Shown: in pieces, positions 35,301-36,232 of the stretch
How the letters are laid out: every line of letters starts with the position of its first letter
Position numbering within the stretch: the first letter of the stretch is position 1
Assembly: GCA_964200185.2 (NCBI GenBank)
Contig: CAXNAD020000046.1
Location: 1-36,232, forward strand
Direction of reading: 5' to 3'
DNA from: Choristocarpus tenellus KU-1152
Lineage: Eukaryota > Protista > Phaeophyceae
Length of the DNA stretch: 36,232 nt
Translations under genes and position numbers: made by a program
The notes under the pieces: model-generated
What the model saw: only the letters and a program-made list of their open reading frames with translations
What the model was told of the DNA's origin: nothing
The model's database searches: none

Positions 35301-36232
35301 ATGACTAATGCAGCAAAAAAAAAATCAAAGTAGAAGGCGGACCATCCAAAATGGAGCACTTCGCCGCTCTGCAGTAAGAACACAGAGGATCCACAAACAC
35401 AGTAGTGCTGACACAAATCCTTACCATACTGCATGAAGAGGGGGTCCTCCGGTTGAAGACTCTGAAAGGCTTTACCAAGTCCTTCATAGGCTTCCTTGCG
35501 TTCTTTCCAATTCTGTCCAAAACGAGAACGATTCCCATGACAAACCAGTCCACCATTAACCACCACTGATTCTCACATATCAGAGATCTCAAGAGTTGGA
35601 GAATTTCGATTACAGAAGGTTGTATAACATAGCAATATCTGCAATAAGAATGACACAAGTTATTTGCTCCATTCATCAATCTCAAGACTACACTAGCAAG
35701 TAGTATTTCATCCATCATGGTGCAGAGAATGTAGTTACCAACATTAGTGTTCAGAAGTACATAAAAAATAACATTGTCATGATGGCAAGACTTACTTTGG
35801 CTTCAACAATATTATGCTAGGCATGAAAGGTATGGGAAAATGAGAAAAAAACATGAAATCAGGATGGTGTGCTATATTGAACTGAGCCCCGTAAGTATAC
35901 TGAGATAGTAATCGTTTAATAAACATCCATACAAGAACTCTCTCCCTCTCTTTCAAACATCTCTTGCAGGGATGGCATCTAGAAGAAACATTACTGAACA
36001 TACAAATTATATATTAGTGAGATACTCTTAGATTTTGACCTCAACATTAGTAAAAATAAACATTCTCAGGGAGAGCACTTGGCCTGACATAGTACAACCA
36101 TGTTAAACACTAGCTGCAATTCTACCTTGGATACGAGTTGGTCTCGAAGCAATCCATCCACAGCAGCCAGTGCTGCTGCACTCACACCCGATGATTCACT
36201 AGCCCCCTGCACTTCACCTCCACTTGGTGCAG
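7413..36232 (-). CDS. CKAP5: XMAP215/ch-TOG/MOR1/Dis1-family TOG-domain microtubule polymerase; 44-exon spliced CDS, 5' end outside the window
   Basis: Hand-spliced exons give one ORF of about 2,240 aa. TOG HEAT-A motifs LVSKNWKERKEAY, KKWSE, SAWKNK and DAWKGRK; other family motifs LTDKKPKV, KLGDRKLK, HSNPKVRSSAL, LADSQSNLK, LDLIFKWVSLRL, FIPTLLEKSG and SKNNRSRLSCL; C-terminal ERLRKI. Every junction is phase-consistent with GT/GC-AG sites. Confidence 0.95.
8491..8906 (-). CDS. CKAP5: XMAP215 exon 43: VERLRPAFRQFIRDG...RLQQLRRRI
   Basis: Phase 0 to 2. Confidence 0.85.
9017..9217 (-). CDS. CKAP5: XMAP215 exon 42, C-terminal helical domain: AELARLIGNV...AIEELRTYIRAHP
   Basis: Phase 0 to 0. Confidence 0.87.
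10019..10082 (-). CDS. CKAP5: XMAP215 exon 41: VLPGNPEHQTAAAEIWRVMSQ
   Basis: Phase 2 to 0; bridges the phase between exons 40 and 42. Confidence 0.75.
10777..10977 (-). CDS. CKAP5: XMAP215 exon 40: LDLGMVLRSIHAYL
   Basis: Phase 2 to 2; resembles the family's .DL..IL..IH.F motif. Confidence 0.87.
11517..11594. repeat. Intronic 9-bp minisatellite (TTGGTATTG-like)
   Basis: About 8 degenerate copies. Confidence 0.85.
12036..12163 (-). CDS. CKAP5: XMAP215 exon 39: VTSVYVKLLAKLL
   Basis: Phase 0 to 2; GTGAGT donor; in-frame alternative acceptor at 12136. Confidence 0.8.
12320..12442 (-). CDS. CKAP5: XMAP215 exon 38, TOG6-like: IKLNHIM...AVSALLNAL
   Basis: Phase 0 to 0; GTAATG donor. Confidence 0.83.
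13377..13564 (-). CDS. CKAP5: XMAP215 exon 37, TOG6-like: VVAALDQVC...LAELLQEVC
   Basis: Phase 1 to 0. Confidence 0.8.
13757..13922 (-). CDS. CKAP5: XMAP215 exon 36, TOG6-like: HHSQLIGLLSRCLRLSF
   Basis: Phase 0 to 1; aag acceptor. Confidence 0.8.
14562..14636 (-). CDS. CKAP5: XMAP215 exon 35: VETNLIHLPTVVGMPPDQCTAAVAK
   Basis: Phase 0 to 0; AAG|GTGAGT donor. Confidence 0.72.
14844..15042 (-). CDS. CKAP5: XMAP215 exon 34: DGPFRFDD...EFSALVEK
   Basis: Phase 2 to 0. Confidence 0.83.
15171..15380 (-). CDS. CKAP5: XMAP215 exon 33, low-complexity linker
   Basis: Phase 2 to 2; AG|GTGAGA donor. Confidence 0.8.
15549..15667 (-). CDS. CKAP5: XMAP215 exon 32: RIKAVDRK...
   Basis: Phase 0 to 2; completes LIDERIK; GTAAGA donor. 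Confidence 0.87.
15812..15956 (-). CDS. CKAP5: XMAP215 exon 31, end of TOG5: EVRSAALDVL...KTLIDE
   Basis: Phase 2 to 0. Confidence 0.92.
16431..16549 (-). CDS. CKAP5: XMAP215 exon 30, TOG5: SKNNRSRLSCLQQL
   Basis: Phase 0 to 2. Confidence 0.88.
16875..17078 (-). CDS. CKAP5: XMAP215 exon 29, TOG5: EVEAFIPTLLEKSG...YPVSK
   Basis: Phase 0 to 0. Confidence 0.93.
17222..17362 (-). CDS. CKAP5: XMAP215 exon 28, TOG5: FLDSLDLIFKWVSLRLCEKEN
   Basis: Phase 0 to 0; hallmark TOG5 motif. Confidence 0.93.
17557..17794 (-). CDS. CKAP5: XMAP215 exon 27, lead-in to TOG5: PLLSVNSKGRRLEAEKRSRW
   Basis: Phase 2 to 0; K..R...E....W motif preceding TOG5. Confidence 0.9.
17998..18187 (-). CDS. CKAP5: XMAP215 exon 26, basic Ser/Arg-rich TOG4-5 linker
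   Basis: Phase 1 to 2; tgcag acceptor, AG|GTGAAC donor. Confidence 0.85.
18588..18792 (-). CDS. CKAP5: XMAP215 exon 25, end of TOG4: LVKPLLSCMQDKSAGVRQLGEECL
   Basis: Phase 0 to 1; a same-phase alternative donor ending at 18573 is possible. Confidence 0.87.
19553..19588. repeat. Intronic 17-bp tandem duplication AGGATTTATCTTTGAAG
   Basis: Two adjacent copies. Confidence 0.8.
19702..19829 (-). CDS. CKAP5: XMAP215 exon 24, TOG4: NTVGRMELLEWL
   Basis: Phase 1 to 0; GTAAGG donor. Confidence 0.9.
20170..20275 (-). CDS. CKAP5: XMAP215 exon 23, TOG4: CVADNRKLMRDAAVSALDK; ends at a GC donor
   Basis: Phase 0 to 1 using AG|GCAAGT; the GT after 20186 gives the wrong phase. Confidence 0.82.
20491..20644 (-). 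CDS. CKAP5: XMAP215 exon 22, TOG4: ELVKALTPRLADSQSNLK
   Basis: Phase 2 to 0. Confidence 0.92.
20890..20981 (-). CDS. CKAP5: XMAP215 exon 21, start of TOG4: KGKDAWKGRKAAMEEI
   Basis: Phase 0 to 2; TOG W-loop. Confidence 0.9.
21391..21543 (-). CDS. CKAP5: XMAP215 exon 20: VDDVLAKVGFDP...GLPRVDLTSMLDK
   Basis: Phase 0 to 0; LPR.D motif preceding TOG4; GTGAGT donor. Confidence 0.9.
21674..21775 (-). CDS. CKAP5: XMAP215 exon 19, TOG3: VRSSALDLLGCLYHRLGP...DLKPAL
   Basis: Phase 0 to 0. Confidence 0.92.
22755..22911 (-). CDS. CKAP5: XMAP215 exon 18, TOG3: LWLVSCVEDFG...HSNPK
   Basis: Phase 2 to 0. Confidence 0.9.
23263..23327 (-). CDS. CKAP5: XMAP215 exon 17, TOG3: EPVVLLLNAASEALGPAWVIR
   Basis: Phase 0 to 2; needed to keep the frame. 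Confidence 0.88.
23336..23417. repeat. Intronic 11-bp minisatellite (ATGAATGACAC / ATGAATGGCAT)
   Basis: About 7 copies just upstream of the exon 17 acceptor. Confidence 0.85.
23628..23842 (-). CDS. CKAP5: XMAP215 exon 16, TOG3: FKDSNMNV...DKLGDRKLK
   Basis: Phase 1 to 0. Confidence 0.92.
24650..24743 (-). CDS. CKAP5: XMAP215 exon 15, start of TOG3: GLKGSAWKNKVAG
   Basis: Phase 0 to 1; TOG W-loop. Confidence 0.9.
25637..25675. repeat. Intronic 20-bp tandem duplication TTTGAAACAACGTAACACT
   Basis: Two adjacent copies. Confidence 0.8.
25713..25795 (-). CDS. CKAP5: XMAP215 exon 14: GDNDDETEEVMPSLEVSMDKLETLGVE
   Basis: Phase 1 to 0; GAG|GTAAG donor. Confidence 0.85.
25981..26109 (-). CDS. CKAP5: XMAP215 exon 13, basic linker: VVGKGKPPKKTRPLPKS
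   Basis: Pyrimidine-rich cag acceptor; phase 1 to 1. Confidence 0.8.
26177..26251. repeat. Intronic degenerate repeat, ATGACTGTTA core x4
   Basis: Four copies with variable spacers. Confidence 0.8.
27396..27544 (-). CDS. CKAP5: XMAP215 exon 12, TOG2-3 linker: AFKKIKENTQK...EPPIP
   Basis: Phase 2 to 1; donor GTGCTG is weak, so the 3' boundary is less certain. Confidence 0.78.
27769..27843 (-). CDS. CKAP5: XMAP215 exon 11: GNKGNGGPAAQVWAVVQELGNTNP
   Basis: Phase 2 to 2; AG|GTGAAG donor; open in the required frame. Confidence 0.72.
29230..29316 (-). CDS. CKAP5: XMAP215 exon 10, TOG2: AVVPMLGDPDPKIRDGG
   Basis: Phase 2 to 2; GTAAGT donor; HEAT D...IR motif. Confidence 0.88.
29726..29862 (-). 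CDS. CKAP5: XMAP215 exon 9, TOG2: AAEEITAALDTKK
   Basis: Phase 0 to 2; AG/GT bounded. Confidence 0.88.
30605..30784 (-). CDS. CKAP5: XMAP215 exon 8, TOG2: LAEGL-type helix, QKLKDKK
   Basis: Phase 0 to 0; LMAEGLGPGF and KLKDKK. Confidence 0.9.
31203..31391 (-). CDS. CKAP5: XMAP215 exon 7, TOG2: VNLLGKLPK...KKWSE...GDYGDLIRQLK
   Basis: Translated by hand; phase 0 to 0; TOG2 W-loop and GDY motif. Confidence 0.92.
31516..31600 (-). CDS. CKAP5: XMAP215 exon 6, linker: PKARPPGQEEL...FDPKEFIEP
   Basis: Phase 2 to 0; conserved DP.E..EP motif preceding TOG2. Confidence 0.9.
32056..32263 (-). CDS. CKAP5: XMAP215 exon 5, end of TOG1: ILSHKVVPVRQQG...PTVYLRKD
   Basis: cag acceptor, GTGAG donor, phase 1 to 2. 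Confidence 0.9.
32272..32320. repeat. (AGAC)n/(AG)n microsatellite forming the polypyrimidine tract of exon 5
   Basis: Reads (TCTG)n/(TC)n on the minus strand directly before the acceptor. Confidence 0.9.
32460..32616 (-). CDS. CKAP5: XMAP215 exon 4, TOG1: VDVPDAVVGALLDGLTDKKPKV
   Basis: aag acceptor, GTGAC donor, phase 0 to 1. Confidence 0.9.
33162..33201. repeat. Intronic 20-bp tandem duplication AATGACTCAAAGGCGTACAT
   Basis: Two adjacent copies. Confidence 0.85.
33679..33881 (-). CDS. CKAP5: XMAP215 exon 3, TOG1: PFLKKMMADSNASCMDAAL...LLKLME
   Basis: tgcag acceptor, GTAAGG donor, phase 1 to 0. Confidence 0.92.
35425..35512 (-). CDS. CKAP5: XMAP215 exon 2, TOG1: NWKERKEAYEGLGKAF
   Basis: cag acceptor, G|GTAAG donor, phase 0 to 1. 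Confidence 0.92.
36126..36232 (-). CDS. CKAP5: XMAP215 exon 1 (partial): ...AAALAAVDGLLRDQLVSK
   Basis: Open to the window edge; donor AAG|GTAGA; joins NWKER of TOG1. Confidence 0.85.

Noticed and set aside
7700-36100. Many short plus-strand ORFs
   Set aside because: They are antisense shadows of exons or random intronic ORFs, with no motifs or splice chain supporting a nested gene.

Overview
Eukaryotic, intron-rich genomic DNA; the gene style suggests a stramenopile or brown-algal relative, which is inference only. Bases 7413 to >36232 hold one minus-strand gene for an XMAP215/ch-TOG/MOR1-family microtubule polymerase. I assembled 44 exons by hand, all joining in frame (about 6.7 kb CDS, about 2,240 aa visible, start codon beyond the window). 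The protein has TOG1-TOG5, a TOG6-like region and the conserved C-terminal helices. Forty-two introns are GT-AG and one is best explained as GC-AG. Bases 1-6356 are a nest of dead transposons: a Ty1/copia element split inside its integrase zinc finger by a second copia-like element (LTR pair, PBS, rearranged interior), followed by a TA-flanked Tc1/mariner element with TIRs and a disrupted DD40D transposase. I found no convincing novel biological system; the findings are modest.
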